DNA from: Haplodiscus bocki
Lineage: Eukaryota
Direction: 5' to 3'
NCBI GenBank assembly: GCA_965655095.1
Contig: OZ296658.1
Location: forward strand, 24,738,001 to 24,802,000
DNA length: 64,000 nt
Positions 27,700 to 42,100 of this stretch are shown piece after piece. A program made the position numbers and the translations under genes. Positions within the stretch are counted from its first letter, which is position 1; every line of letters begins with the position of its first letter. The notes beneath the pieces are model-generated. The model did no database searches, was not told the origin of the DNA, and saw only the letters and a program-made list of their open reading frames with translations.

Positions 27700-28230
27700 C
27701 GGCTAGCTTTCATTATACAAGTTCAAACTTTCGGTGAATTACCTTCTCGTAACTGTCAGAATGCAGACAAAAAACTCGCAGTTTTTCCCTGCTTCTCCAC
27801 CAATAACTTTAAAATCATCATTTTTCATATCAAAACAGGCTATCTAAAATGTGCACAACTTTTGAGGATTTTTGAAATATATTTCTGATGATACTATAGT
27901 TTTTAGTTGCACTTTTCGGTAAATCAAATCAGGACGGGTATAAAAATTAGAGATCTTTTTGTCGTCTCACTCGAAAAAGGATCAGTTGCGTTTCAATTGG
28001 AATTTAACAAATCATGAAAAACTACATTACGTTCATGATAAGTTCGAATGTATGAAGTTTCTTCGGAGAATTTTTTTGACTTCTTTATACTGCTTCAGCG
28101 ATTGGGTATTTATGATTTCTCCTCTTCCGGTGTTTTTTGATTTTTTTGTCATTTCAGGATGGGTTTTACGTAAAGAGGATTTTAACTGGAATTAATGTTT
28201 TCTTGGTAATAGTTTCAATCAATTTTTTGG
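27700..28230 (-). pseudogene. A32/FtsK-like genome-packaging ATPase, decayed
   Basis: Degenerate Walker A (SSLRKT, ~28161-28185), Walker B NVVFHDLL (~28005-28030), and downstream FDLPK..T.N.S (~27900-27930), corresponding to the RGRH...SQSYFxLPKxxIRxNS region of this family. Confidence 0.7.
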
Positions 28231-30049
28231 TTTTTACATCTATGTTCTGTTAAACAAATTTCACGACTACATCTTTCACAAAAGTGACAATGATTTTTTT
28301 CTCTAAATGATCTTTGCACATATTTTTCCTTATTCGAAAATTTCACTTTCTAAATTCTTATCACTACACTGACGAAACTAAGTTATGATTTTCGTCGACA
28401 AAAAAATCTCCGTTTTCCGAAAACAATAGAAATTTTATCGGTAGACTTCCCAGTTGTCTATTTTAAAACAAACATACCTCTTTCAATAATAGCTCTAAAA
28501 ACAACAATTTAATTTTCCTTTTTTGAGGCTTCGAGCGGACGGAGGGAAGCGAAGGTAGCAATGAAGTCGCCTTTTGTTGCGATAACAATGGTTTTGCGTG
28601 TTTCTTGTTTTTATAACTTACTTCTCACGGTATCGTGACATCTTCAAGAACTCTTTTACTTTCACGCCTATATCTCCCAGCCTAAGTGCAGTATCAGTAC
28701 CTTTTTTACATAGACTTGGGTGCAAAACAAGGTCGGAAAAGTTGCCGAAGAAATTTCAGAAAACTGACCGATAGTTTCGTCCAAAATGATTTTTCATTGC
28801 AGAAACATCTTGAAATTTGGTAATCTGCCCCCTGCGCTGAAAAACTTTGTCGCCTTTTCACTAGTTACCTTTCCGTCGAATGAACTTTTGTCATGTTGAA
28901 GTAGTCGCTCATGGTTGAAGTTGACCATGCCAAAAAAATTCAGCTGCCGAAAGTTGGCGATAAAATTGAGAAAAATTGCTTTTCAGAGAGCAAATGGTCA
29001 AGCTTTTGTTTTTTTATAGTTCATATTGACTGAAGAGTTCACAATCTTATGTGATTGATATAACAACAATATTTAGTTCATTTGTAAGCTTCCAGCTGCG
29101 TTTCACCTGAGTCTTTGCGAAAGTTTTTTTCGGTTTCTTGCCAAATTTCGTCTCATCTTTGGACTAACTTTTCCAAACGCCTTTATCGCCGAGCCTAGAA
29201 GGGGTAACTGTACATTGCTTTCGCAGACAAAGGCGCAAGACAACGAAAGAAGTTTTAACCAAGATGGTTTTTCAGGCGGAAAATTTTGAAGTTCGTCCGT
29301 TTCACGTAATTATTTGGTAATTTTAGAACTATAAAAATTCTTCCCAGACCGTTATAGAGCCTGGTTGGCCAAGTAAAATTTCTGGATAAAAATTTCTGCA
29401 AAAAAGGTTGACCGAAACTTCCCAGAAAAACCTGATTTTTTGGCAGAAGCTTTTTGAAAGGTTGTCAACTACATATAAAATTGGGGCTCCTATAGACGAA
29501 TGCACTTTTTCAATAGCATGCACAGCCTGGTGAATCAAAAAAAGGTTGTTCAAGATCCTACATTTACCATTCTTTTACTTTTTGCGTCTAGTGGAACTTT
29601 TCCCCGCAGCAAAGTTTGGTCAAAAGTCTGAATTAAGTTGTTTTGTTTCCCAGATTTTTTAACATTTCCCCGAAAGTTTTCATGGCAGTCCTTAATCTCA
29701 GAGCGTCTTCAATCTCTTGATTCGTTTTCTTTTACAGACGGCTCAAGAATGCTTTTTGACAGGAATTAATTTTCCTCCAACATCATTTTTTCGGCAGAGA
29801 AAATTTGATTTTAGGTGTGCAGAATCCGAATATGATACTTTTGAGATGTGTCAAAATTTCCTCTACAACCTAACTTGCGTCCTTGGTTGCAAAACAAGAT
29901 AATGATGTCAAGATTTTCTTAAAAAGCTTTCTACAAAACGCTGAGTGTATTTCTCGAAGCCGTGCGCTAAGGTTCTTGGAGCCTATGTTTTTTTTGTGTA
30001 ATAAGGGTGACCGGAGGTCGACGTTCACTCCACAAAAGACAAATTTCCA

Positions 30050-30420
30050 TTACTCATTGGTTTTTTGTACAAGAAAAACATACCTTTCATACTGGTTTTT
30101 GTTAGTCGCTTTATCTTTTAAACATTGACTATAAGAATAATCAGAAGACGTAATTGTCTGTTGAACTGTTTCTTCATAATTTTCATGTTTACCATAATTT
30201 TGCAGGAATGATTCATAAGGTACTTCATTTTTATTTGGTAAACCACAATCTACTTCACTTGATATTTGTAATACTGTTAATACAAACCCCATCACCGATA
30301 ATGTAGAACAATCAGAAGTTTTAGGAAATAATACAGAAGTATCAACAGACTTTTTTGTAGAGAGCAAACTATATATTTTTTTCTGAATTAAGGTTTTCAT
30401 CTTTGAAGGAGGTAATCATT
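30050..30420 (-). pseudogene. Polinton-associated small hydrophobic/membrane protein
   Basis: ORF 30050-30400 contains KSVDTSV..TS..STLSVMGFVLTVLQISS...CGL followed by a K/Y-rich helical tail, a pattern recalled from adintovirus-like elements. Confidence 0.45.
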
Positions 30421-30974
30421 TCCTGCTTAGCTAAAAAAGTCAATGAACCTTTTTTTTTTCATTTTTTTATCTGTCCTCAGACTCAAGAACGTGTCTATTG
30501 GTGCAGATGGAGAGAAGTTGGCAGTACTCATTTGTTAAGCTGAAAAGTTCAGTCAAAGGAAGTTTTCCGAAACGATTCGTTGCCAATATGATAGCTTCCT
30601 CTAAAACAAGGAGAATAGATAAACTTGCCTTGGGCTTCTAGAGACAACTGCAATACCAAATATTGCTTTTTCCCGTGTTCTTGCAGGATTTTTCAATAGT
30701 TTTGTAGACAAATTCTGAGAGAATTTAGCGGAAGGTCTACTTTTCCTTTTGAGAAAATCACCCGATTAGTCAACTTTTTTACTAATTTCGGAGAAACTTT
30801 CTTTCGATTACTGTATTACAATCAACAACTTTACCAATTATGTTTTTCTTCAGTTTTAGTTTTATCAGCATCAGTGCTTACTGTACAGGACCAACGCATT
30901 AGGAAGTTGTTTTTAAAAGTTTGACCAGACTTTATTTGAACGAGAAAAAGGTTTTCAAAGATTAATATTATAAT

Positions 30975-31420
30975 TACAAAAATAACAAACGTCACATTTT
31001 AGCATTAAAATCAAGTATAATTCCATCAACAGCCTCTGCGTGAAATGCTAAACTATTCGAAACAGATTGATGTTTCTCTATGAAAATATTTGATTCTGGT
31101 TCAAATGGTTTTTTCCATGCAGTAGTTCCATTTGACAGTAAAACAAAAAAGTGGGTCTCAAACACCTTCATTTTTGATCCATGAATGCAGTTTCTTTTTA
31201 TATGGAGTTCACCTTTTATACTTATATTCATGTTTTCTTGAATAATGCTCAACCTTAGGTTTCTAATCCTAGTTTGGGTTAAGTCCTAGTTTTGTTTTGG
31301 AAAAATTGTACCATTACCAATAGCAACATTTTTTTATCGAAATGTTTAGAGATCTTCAAAATCACTGACTCCATAAATCCCGACTGGAGTACTTTGAAAT
31401 GTAAATTTTTGTTTTCAAAA
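30975..31420 (-). pseudogene. Minor capsid (penton-like) protein, decayed
   Basis: NISIKGELHIKRNCIHGS......FFVLL....KKPFEPESNIF....S..NSLAFHAE..DG..LDFN matches the penton C-terminal pattern (HxKCxCIxGS...EP...I.F...D....DFNxE). Confidence 0.65.
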
Positions 31421-33278
31421 ATCAGTTTGATATGTCGTTCTTTTTTCAAATAGAGCTTTCAAGGCTTCGGAGTTCAGACCTGTTTTAATCCTTGAATACA
31501 TTTTTACATTTTCAAACACCGAATCAAATAGTCTTCCGCTCTCTTACTTTCTCCGATTGGATCCATTTCTTCCTCTGTTAGCTGAAAAGTTTTCTCAACA
31601 GTTTCATTTTCTTTTGTTTTTGTTTTTAACACTTGGTCCTAATGTTAAATGCTTTATCTTTAAAAACCTTTGGGCTAGAATGATAATCAGCAAATTTTGT
31701 TTTCTGCAAGGACTACCACTTCTCTTCTTTTTAAACAATTTTGTGATCCGAACTTACTGTTTCCTCAGTTACAATGGAAACAGAAAAAAAATTGTTAACC
31801 AGCTTGTCGTAATTTACACTCACCTTCTTCTGATTCAAAAGTTTTTAACTGCGACTCAATCGCTTTTGTTATTTTTTTGCTCTGCTTTGTGGTTGTGCTT
31901 TGGTGCGGTGCTTTAGTGATCTAAAATAACAAACTTTCAGTTTTTTTTGGATATAGAGGTAGTTATTATGAATTTTTTCTCATCAAAAAAAATGTCATTA
32001 GATTTTGGCTTTTTTCAATATCTATAGACTGAACAGTGCAAACTCAGCAGTGAACTCTACGTTGTTTTCATCATCATCTTTAAAGAAAAGTTATCCTTTT
32101 CAAGTTAGTTTTGTCGTTCATTGAGTTCATTTTTAGATTTTTTTCTCTTTTTTTTCAGGCGGATTTAATATAGCAAAACTAATTTGAAGAGGTTGACTTG
32201 TTCCTTTTTCAGTACTTCCATCAATACATATAATCATATTGTAAACAAATTTTTTCAAATCCGATAAGTTTAACAGGTTTATCACGCGTATAACTTTTAA
32301 CTGTAATTCCTTTTTTGCAGAACCTATTACAGCATTTAAAAGAAAAGTCATTAAATAATTTTTAACGGCTAATTTTCAGTACCTTGTATTGTTTTCGTTG
32401 TAAAATCAGATGCTTTTTCTAAATTTTTGTGTTTTTTAGTCGAAGCAGGTTTTTGGATGGAAATAGGTTTTTGCAAGTGATAAAATCCAGCTGGTAACCA
32501 AACATCTGTAGCTTCAGTCTCGGAGAAATTTTTGCCTAACATTCAATTTTTTTCATTGAGTGTTATACTATTTCTGAAAACCTTGTCTTCAATAACGTAA
32601 TAATTTATTTTTTTCAAAAGCTCAAATTTTTGTTCCTCAATAAAAATTTTTCAACACTTCAAACGATATAACTTTGTCATCTAGTGTTTTTATCTCATCG
32701 CCTCTTTGTATTTCATCTACCTTTAATTTGTATTCAATCAACTTTCATTGGCTATTAATTGGTGTAACTTTTTGCCTCAGCATCCTGAAAACAACCAAAA
32801 GGGTAGTCTAAAGTTTAATTGTTTTGTTTTGTTATTTTGAAAGCTGATTTTTACTCTTCCAAATTTGTTGCACCTTCTACCGAAATTGTTAATTCTTGTT
32901 TTAATGGTGTATTTGTTGATGAATTTCCAATGACTTTGTTAAAGTGAAATCTGAAGCATCTTGGAGTTTTGTTTTCGTTTCTTCCTTGAGATTGTCAGTA
33001 TCTTCTTCAAATGTAGTAAGTTATCTCATGTCAACGATGTCGACGACTCACCAAGGAAATGTTTGTTTAATTTCCTAATTACTATTTATATTGGAAATCT
33101 ATGTTTAATTTTAATTCCAAATCCTTGAGGCGATAATTTTTGTGAAAAAGTACTTGAGCTCTCGTTTTTGGAAGAAAGAGATTAATACTATCTGGCACCT
33201 CCGTGTTTCTCTGAGTTAGTGACTTATCTTCTGGTATTTGGTTCACACTGTTATCAATCTTCATATTTCTGAGTGTCA

Positions 33279-33700
33279 TTATTTGTTATAATCTAAAGGT
33301 GTTACATGAGACCTAAAGTCTGCATAAATGAGCTCTGTTAGGTTTAAGATGAATAAACAAGAACCAGCAAAGTATTTGCTATTCGCCATGATTTTGTAAT
33401 CTGATAATCTAATTTTTCTACGTGTTCCTTGAAAATAATCTGTATTTGTTTTTGGAAGTTTGCATCCATATGAATCAAAGTATGTGTATATTTTGTAATT
33501 TCCCATTGTGTACCTTTCGTGGAGTGAAAATTGAAGTTTCCGTTGTGTAGCTTTAAAATACTACCACACGAACCCACAAGTGTATGGTAATGTATATAAC
33601 TATTTTAGTCATTACGTCTTCATTTCAAAATTTGATCTATCTTTGGTTTTCCTTTGATGTAATTAATTTTGTAATCTCCGAAAGTTTTTCGCGATTTTGA
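33279..33700 (-). pseudogene. Adenain-like cysteine maturation protease, decayed
   Basis: NFHSTKGTQW (from GTHW; ~33503-33532), YFDSYG (~33465-33482), then SDYKI....YFAGSCL (from the Q..C motif); catalytic His and Cys appear mutated; frameshifted. Confidence 0.75.
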
Positions 33701-36700
33701 AATATATGAACTATTTGCAGGTCTACGGTTCCTCCTTGACTTGTGTATAAAAAAATGTTTGTTACAGACTTTATCTGTATTGATATATTTATCAAAAAAA
33801 TTTTTCATATGAAATTTTTGTAGGGTAGGTTTTTAGAACTATCTGTGAGAATAATTTGTTCTTTTCACGAGTATTTTGAAGGCAAATCAAACTTTTTTCA
33901 AGTTTTTCAATAGGGACACGTAGCGAATGATTTGCTTCTCTCAAACGTTTAATCCGGTATACAACAGTTTTTCTCTCAATTCATCAAAATTGTTGTCTAT
34001 AAAATTTCTAATACTTCATTTTCCTTTAAAGGTTCTGTTTTTGTTATTACAGTACTTTTTTTTATCGGAGATTCCCATTTTATATTTTATTTTGTCCCGA
34101 TGCATTGTAAAAAAGCACTTCAACCAAAAATCTTATATCTTGTACAGTTCATTCCTTCAATTTTCGTATTTTTGCTAAATACATTTTTTTGAGAAGAAAA
34201 ATAGCTTTTACATCCCATATATAACTTTTAACGTTTCGTTCTATATTGTTCCTAAAATTTTAAGCTAATAGCCTACTCTGTTTGTGTGTGAGTTGTTCTG
34301 AGTTTTTACTTCTACATTATCTTCTCGCAGAATTTGAAATGTGTTCTAATGGCAGGCATTAATAATAAAAACTTTTAACCTGTTTTAGCTCAAGGTAATG
34401 ATTGAGATTTGGAGTTTTTTGGTATGTTATGGTGTCTTTGCTCTCTATTTCATTTTTTGATATCAAGTATAATGCTAAATCCTTTGTTCTTTAACGTTTT
34501 ACTTTTTATCGATAAAATATTCCAATCCGTTTTCAAGAAAGTCACTCCTTCGAGGCAAATTGGAACTTCCTCCGGCTTTTGTCTCTTTAATTGAGATTGT
34601 ATCTTTATGCGAATTTGCTCCACCTCTCATTTTAGCAGAGGTCTCAGAAAGACCCAAAGTTGTAATTCGAACAATTTTTTTTCTCAATTACTAATTACTT
34701 AATTACCTTACTTCCTAATCGCTTTATATTGTGGAATCTGAGCATCTAATTTGTTTCGTTAATACCATATGAGTTAGTTTGCAATATTTCACTGTTTTTC
34801 AAAAAAATTGACAAAAATTTTAAATTGGTTGACGTAGTATTACATTACCATCTTTGCTCGATTTTTTTATGGATTGTTTCTAAATAAGAATTGATCTTGT
34901 TCTTAACATTGAAACAATTCAAACAAATATATTAAACTACGTTTCCTTTCAGATACCAGCTCTATTTTCGTTTTTTTTTAAAAAAAATTTAAATGTATGC
35001 TTACTTTTCAATGAATCTCTCAAATAAGTTTGTTTAATAATGTTTAATGAAGAAAACAGTTTACAATTTTATTCCTGTTAAATTTTTTGATTTGATTCAA
35101 GTGAAAAACATCGTGTGAAAAAAACATCTTCAGGAAAGAAATTTAACATGTACTGGTTTTGTACGGGTTTATAAATTATGCATTGCACAATATTCCACAA
35201 GTAAACAATACAAGACAGTCGGCTACTTGCGGCATATTTTGCGCCTTCCCATTTTTGTAAAGAGGGCTTTTAAGAAGTTGAAAACGTTTTTCTTTAGAAA
35301 AAACTCTTTCTTCGTCAATTTTTTTTCCGACTTCCAAAATTTTCTGATTTTTGGCCAAAACTAGGGCAAAAATGACATTTTTACGAAACAATACCATTTG
35401 ATACGCATTCTACAGCAAAATTGCCACCTTTATCGATGTTGAAGAAATCAACTGTTTTTTTTTCAAAAAAACCAGCTATTTTTCCACAAAAAACAAATTT
35501 TTGAACATTTTGAGAAATCTTGTTATTCCACTCGCATTTTGCGGCAAATTTACTACGGTACGGTCAGAAAAAAAAATCAAATTCAGTGGCGTGAACAAAT
35601 TCGCCGAAAAGGCGTGAACGTAATTGGCAAACGTCAGGTACAGAAAAACGTCCGAAATAGCGCATTTGAGACGAAGATTTTCCTTCGATATCTCGATTTC
35701 TCGGCAAAGGCAAGAGTAATTAGGAAATTATTAGGTTTCAAAGCATTCATAATTATGCAATATAAAGTGACTGATTAAATTTGAATCAGAAACAACTGAA
35801 AAAGAGAGCCGTTTTAAGCTTTAATCATTCGTTTGATATAGGCGTAATACAATTTTGGGGTTTTTTGGCTGCTCAAGTTAATTAAAAGGGCTAGTCATCC
35901 TGATAGCCGTCTCACTAGCAGACAGTCAAGACTTATCAGCTGACATTCAGAAATGTATCCCACGGGGACGGGAAAAAGATGGTTTACCAGTGTGTTTTGA
36001 CAAGACCCAATTTTTAGTTGCTTCACCAGGACTCCCCAATAGAGTTGGCAAGTGAATCGTTATTCAGGTTATTAATCATACTTCCATCTTTTTAAAATTC
36101 TTGACCGAATTCTTGGACAATTTCATTTGAAACAAATTCTCTATCAACTTTTTTAAAGCATGTTCTGTAGTGGTAAATTTAAAAACCCAATGACACCGCT
36201 AAAAAACAGTTTTTTTTCCAGTTAAACTGTGGATGTCTAATTCAATCAATATATTCAATACTAATTTGTTTAACGGTAGGAATATTATCCTAACAAAATA
36301 TGTCGCGTTTCTTCGAATTTTTTACTAAAGCAGAAGCAGGTTCAAGGCTAGGCCATAAAAATAAGAATTTTGTATCATACCCTTCTTAGAAAATGAGTGA
36401 AGGGTTAGGCGAAATTATTCGACAGAGCAAAACACCATATAATGAAGAAATTAATATTTGAATTGACTTCTATGGATCAACTTTTGAGGTTCTGTCGGGT
36501 CGGCCAACAACACTCATCATTGAGGTACAAAATTTTTCCGTCTCATGTAGTTCATCAATATTAAGCTCCGCATATTTTCAGCTTTCATAATTTTAAACAC
36601 AGATTTTACCATTCGCTTTACCAACTGTATGCAATAAATGTCCGTTAGATTTTAAATGACTTCGGTGTTTTGCGTCGATCAGACGTAAATCATAAACATC

Positions 36701-36919
36701 ACTTTTTGATCTTATAATTCTACATATAAAGATCGAGGACGAGCTTCATTTTCAGCAGGCTCGTATACAGATTTCCAGGTTTTACAATTTAATTTTTCAC
36801 ATGTCCTGATAAAATGGGTTTTTGTCTTTCAGTTTTTTTCCATTTTCATCTTGTAAGGGTTTATTGCATACATCACATTTTCTAATAAATGTGGTTGATG
36901 ACGACGCCATCAGTTTTTG

Positions 36920-36923
<4 letters not shown>

Positions 36924-36965
<42 letters not shown>
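36924..36965. repeat. (TA)n microsatellite
   Basis: About 21 TA units. Confidence 0.95.
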
Positions 36966-36969
<4 letters not shown>

Positions 36970-38059
36970 TGTATAAATTGAAAAAAGTAAAAACAAAGTA
37001 GTGGCCACATTTTGGAACAAAAGAATTTTTTTCCCGCGAGCCTGACTTCCTAAATCTTTTTGATATAGTAATACTTTCACCATTTTACCCAGTACCCAAT
37101 TTAATAATATAATAGAAGGTAAAAAGATCAAATAAATTTTTGGTTTCAAGTGAAACTTGAAACTTTTCTTTGTATTGCCAAAAAATGGGGCATTTTGAAT
37201 CACAACATAATCAGCAAAAACTATCCATACTAGCAGTTTCATTTGTATATGTACTTGAAGTGCGTGGATTTATGTTTTTTCATTTTATCAAACTTTTGTG
37301 TGTTCGAAGTAACTGGATAATTTTCGTTGATTAAGTTTTGATTTTTGTAATGTCCGGGGTTATTGGGAAGCCAAATAGAAAATATTACCTAGAATAAAAT
37401 TTTTGAGCTTTTTTATTGACGTCTTGTTATAGTACTCAGAGGGTATTGGGTATAAAGTAAAGATAACTCGTGACTTTAATACTATATCAAAAAGTATTAG
37501 GGGATCAGGTTCCCAGAAAAGAAAATGATTTGTTTTCTTAAAATGGCCTTTATTTGGTCGATATTTCAAATTAAACTCATAAACACCGAGAACTCGACTT
37601 TTCTCTAAAATATGATGATACTGAAGGGAACGTTGAAAATTCCGTTTGAGAGTATGAGTTTGAGACAGTACTTAGATAATGTATCAATCCTTGTTTGATC
37701 TTGGTTGTAAACTCCAATGAATTGTTTGAATAAGATTCTAGAAATGAAGTACAAAATAGGTCTGAAGATTTTTTTGCATTTTAAGTCGTGCTTTGAAAAG
37801 AGAGCCGAACATTACAGTGATTAGTGTTTCTTTTCTTTAGACTCTCTTATCATTTTAAGTCGACCTTCTCTTCGGTAATTTTTTTCGTTCCTCGTTTTCC
37901 TGGCGACTGCCAAAAATTGCCAAACATTAATGGTTACCCCTACAAAGTATTTCAGCACTCTGAGACTAACTTTTCGAACCAAATTCTGACACACTTTGGT
38001 TGACCGAAAATTGTCAGTGGCCAAATTTTTTTCAAACCACGAAAAGGTCCCGTTAGGAC

Positions 38060-39146
38060 GTTTTTTTTGCCATATTGAGGCGAAAAATGATATCTCTTCT
38101 GTACAAGCTGAGGAATGCAGAGTTATCTCTCAATTCAAACAGAATCGACAAGACTCATGGATATTTACAGGTTTCTCTCATAACACCTCACTATGTTGTT
38201 CAGGGAGTCTGAATAAAATCCCCCACTATGGATATCCAATGGATTCCGTGAATATAAATTTCGGAAGAATCTTGCTTATCCTAAGGAAAAGTTTAATCAT
38301 TATAGAGCAAACTTTAATTAGTTCACCTCAAGATAATTATCTTTTCCCAAACATGGATACCCAGCCAATGAACAGTGAAAAGAAGGAGAAAATATTCGAA
38401 AAATTCGTTGAAAGAAAAGGTGAAGATATAACTCTCTTGTATCTGAAGGTGGATAAGCTTCATTTAGCAGATAGTTTTCAGAGTTTTCGTAGCAACGACT
38501 ACAAGAAACTATGGTGTCAGTCTTTTGCTTGCCTTCAGTTCACTGAGTAATACTGGGAAAAGATGTATCAATTGTATTGGTAAAAGTTTGGTTAATATCA
38601 AGCATAAACATTTGTTTTTATTGATAGAAAATGATATAGGAAGTGGAATCTCGAGGTCTAAGGGGGATGAATATATACTGAATACAGACGACGGTTTCAT
38701 ACGGATAGACAAAAAAGTTTTCGAAAGTTATGATAACAACAAAAATGATAGTTTTCTATTCCAAATAGTTAACCCACCCGATGGCAAAGTTCATGGATCT
38801 TTTATCGAATGTGATTAGTTCTAACTACATCATATCAAAGGAAAACCGGAGAAAATCCCTTTTTATCCGGCGAATACAGTAGCTCCTTCCGAGCTTCTTC
38901 CAGTAATTATATGAATCAGATTAGGCAAGACAACTATGAGCCAGACCCTAAGTTGAAATAGGATCAAATGAACAAGTTTGTACACATGCTACAACAAAAT
39001 GCCGGAGTTTTTTTTGCAAACTGGTTGGATAATATATGATAGTCAAAGGCTCTTACAATCTATAGTTTCAAACCATCACCTTAGTTTCAGAAATACATAA
39101 GTCATATAAAAGAGATGAGGAAAAACGCAAAAGCTGTTTTTGAAAG
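38060..39146 (+). pseudogene. Second pPolB fragment (Polinton-type)
   Basis: LYLKVDKLHLADSFQSF (Exo III, LYLKxDVLLLADxF), LLIENDIGSGISRSKGDEY (from IRGGIS), GSFIECD, and YSFKPSP.FQKYI..KEMRKNAKAVFER (start of region B); truncated there. Confidence 0.8.
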
Positions 39147-42100
39147 AAGCTTGTCATTGATGCGCGGTATCTCAATTCAGTGACCGATCTCATCAACCAC
39201 TCTTGGTCACTAAAACCAGGTCAATTGATTGTGACTAGAATAAATGGCAAAACCGACTTAGTTAGCGATTTGTCTTGGGCCTACCATCAAGTACCTCTGA
39301 GCCCGGAATATCAGAAACTAGCAAGTTTTGTCACTGGTGGACAATAATATACCTACACTCGAGGCCTTTATGAGCTGTGCAGACTTCCTAACTTCTTCAG
39401 CCGACAGATGACGATTCATTTTGACCCTCTTTTCAAGAAGAAGCAAGCCAGTACGCTTTTGACGATGCAAAAATGCAATCGAAAAAAAACGAGATGTTTA
39501 CTATCATAAAGGATAATCACAGTCTCCTTCGCAAGGCTCATCTCAAGGCCAACCCAGGCAAAACGTTCTTTTTCTTAAAGAAAATGAAACTCATTGGCTA
39601 TGTCATCTCTCCAGATCGAATACAGCCCATCGCAAAAACCAGTCAAGGCCTTGAAGAACTTGAAATCTCCCGAATGCAAACGAAATGTGATAAAAGCTGG
39701 GAAAGTCTTGGATTCTTATAGCTGTTATATCAAAAACCTTCATGTCGATAGTCAACCATTCAATGAACTAATTAAAGACTCAACGTCTTTCCACTGGACT
39801 AATGAACACGAAAGGCTTTTCAGTTGATAAAAGTACCATCGGAGACACCATACTTGCTGTCCGTTCCACACTTTATTCCTTCCACATTCTTGTTGACTCT
39901 TTTAAGATTGGTACTGGTTGTATCCTGAATCAAAGTTTTCCCGAAGGAAAACGATTTATCTCCTGCAACTCTCGGGTCTTCGAAGAAGCTAAACAAAACA
40001 TTTCTGCGATTCACTGAGATCTCTGTGGGATTGTGTCAGTAATACAGACCTACGAACACTTATTTTTAGTTCTCCGATTCTGATTTGTCTTCATTCAGGC
40101 CAAAAACTTATTCTGTATTCATCGGGATGCAAAAGACAACTCTTCAACCGGTTCTTCCGTTACCAAGGTGTTATCACGAAACTTTGGAACTTGAAGAAAA
40201 TCTAGACTCCTGGATCTAATCTTGCTTTCTCGATATCCTCAACAAAAATTAAATTTTGGAGGGATAACAGAAGTTTCAGTTACAACAAAAAATTTACCCC
40301 GAGACATTGAATTCTTCGACGAATATGGTAAACCAGTGATATACATCACTCAACACGAAGACAATCCGCATGATACTTGCAATGATTTCTACCCAATACA
40401 TCGCCAACAGGGGAACCATGATAAAACCCTTAGATTACAAACCGAAGGCGAGAGTTACACTTCAAACAAATTCACAAACGATTTTTCAAAATGGTCCATA
40501 CTTTCTGCCGCTGACTGTTCCAGATTGGGAAGAACGATTAATCAATTTCGTCTGCTGTGTCTGCCAATAGCAACAACTCCTATATCTGATGGTAACTCCG
40601 ACTCAATCTAACTCTCCATCAGCGCTTTGGAAGTAGAACACCTCTTCTGATGTGGTTGATTCAACGGAAGATGACGAAGAATATCAGATGTGCGAGATGA
40701 ACACTAGCGCTGCGCAGATCATTATTGGCTGTGCAAAGCAAAAACAGCTCACGACTATTTGTTGGGCAAAATTGATGCCCCTTTAGTCAAAAAAACCACT
40801 CACAGTTACAGACGTTCCTCATTTGGACACAAATGCACTGACAGCTAAACTGGACGAAGTTGCAAAAAATGTAGACCATGACGCTTCGACTATTCTAGCC
40901 GAGCAATTCAAGGACTTTGTTTCCGGCAGTGTACGCTTGTGGATACGCAAACGGATTTCAGCTGATGCAAAATCTCCTGAGATTCAACACTCAAAAAGCC
41001 TCTTGCAGTTTTGTCAAGAATTGGATAGAATCTTCCTGTAAACAGAAGGACCTTTATTCTGCCATAATGCACCCTCGGAGAAACTGGCAGAAAAAAACCT
41101 CAGACTTCTAAATCTTACGCCAATGATAAACGATTTTACTATTGGACTGGCATGTTTGACTGAATTTGCGCTCTCACAGCGGTTTGCATTACTTGTCAAA
41201 ATAACCAGTCCAAACCAAAACACAGAAAAGGAGTTACACTGGAAGAATGACAGAACAACACAATATTTTTCGCACAGTGTACATTGACCATAAAGGACTT
41301 CTCTACCGAGCAACCAATCGCAAACATCATTGCCTGTTAGTTATTGATATGTTTTTAGGTTTCTTATTGTCTACCCGGTAACTAAAACTACTGCCTGAGC
41401 AACGATAGCTGCAAGCAAAAACTGGATCCACTCCTTCGAGATTCTCCAGCCTATTATACACCATCGAGACACTACCGTCATCAATACAGACTTCAGCATC
41501 AGAATAAAACAACTCGGAATTACACTACGACCACGAACAGTTGTTTCCCCATTGACAAATCGCAAGTTAGAGACGCCAAACCAACACATCACTAGATATT
41601 GGCAAAAATTTGTGATTGATGCTGGAACTAACTGGTCTTTCTGGGCACCCAAGTTTGGTTTTGCGTTTAACACGAGTTCAAATTACACAACTGTGAAAAC
41701 GCCCAATGTCAATAAAACTTGGTTTTTACCGCAATAAACACAAACTCTGTTGTTCAAAGTTCTGCAAAGACTTACCTGCATACTCGCTTAGTTAAAATAT
41801 TACGAGAAATCAACTGTTAGACAACCTTCTCCGCCCACAATTTTCAGAAACGCTTTTGGAACGTGAACAAGACTTCAAGCGAAGGTATTCCACTACCTTT
41901 GAAAGACGCCACGAACAAACAGCACGATCACATGCATATCGCAACAGGTTCAAGTTGGGGCATAATTCTGAGATTGGCCAGAAAGTTCTGTATGAAAATA
42001 ATCGCCAGGATCTATCCAAAAGTCAAAAGCTTCAGTAACGACGACTGGGGCCCTTCACAGTAGCTAAACGAATCGCGAACATTACTCACCAACTTCGAGA

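Larger units (their letters stand above)
20900..35160. mobile_element. Decayed Polinton/Maverick (adintovirus-like) endogenous element
   Basis: pPolB on + converging with major capsid, accessory protein, ATPase, membrane protein, penton and cysteine protease remnants on -; very AT-rich; ends not defined. Confidence 0.85.

Noticed and set aside
35800-37750. Further Polinton-like ORF remnants, including a possible ATPase start on -
   Set aside because: Too degenerate to assign without a profile search.
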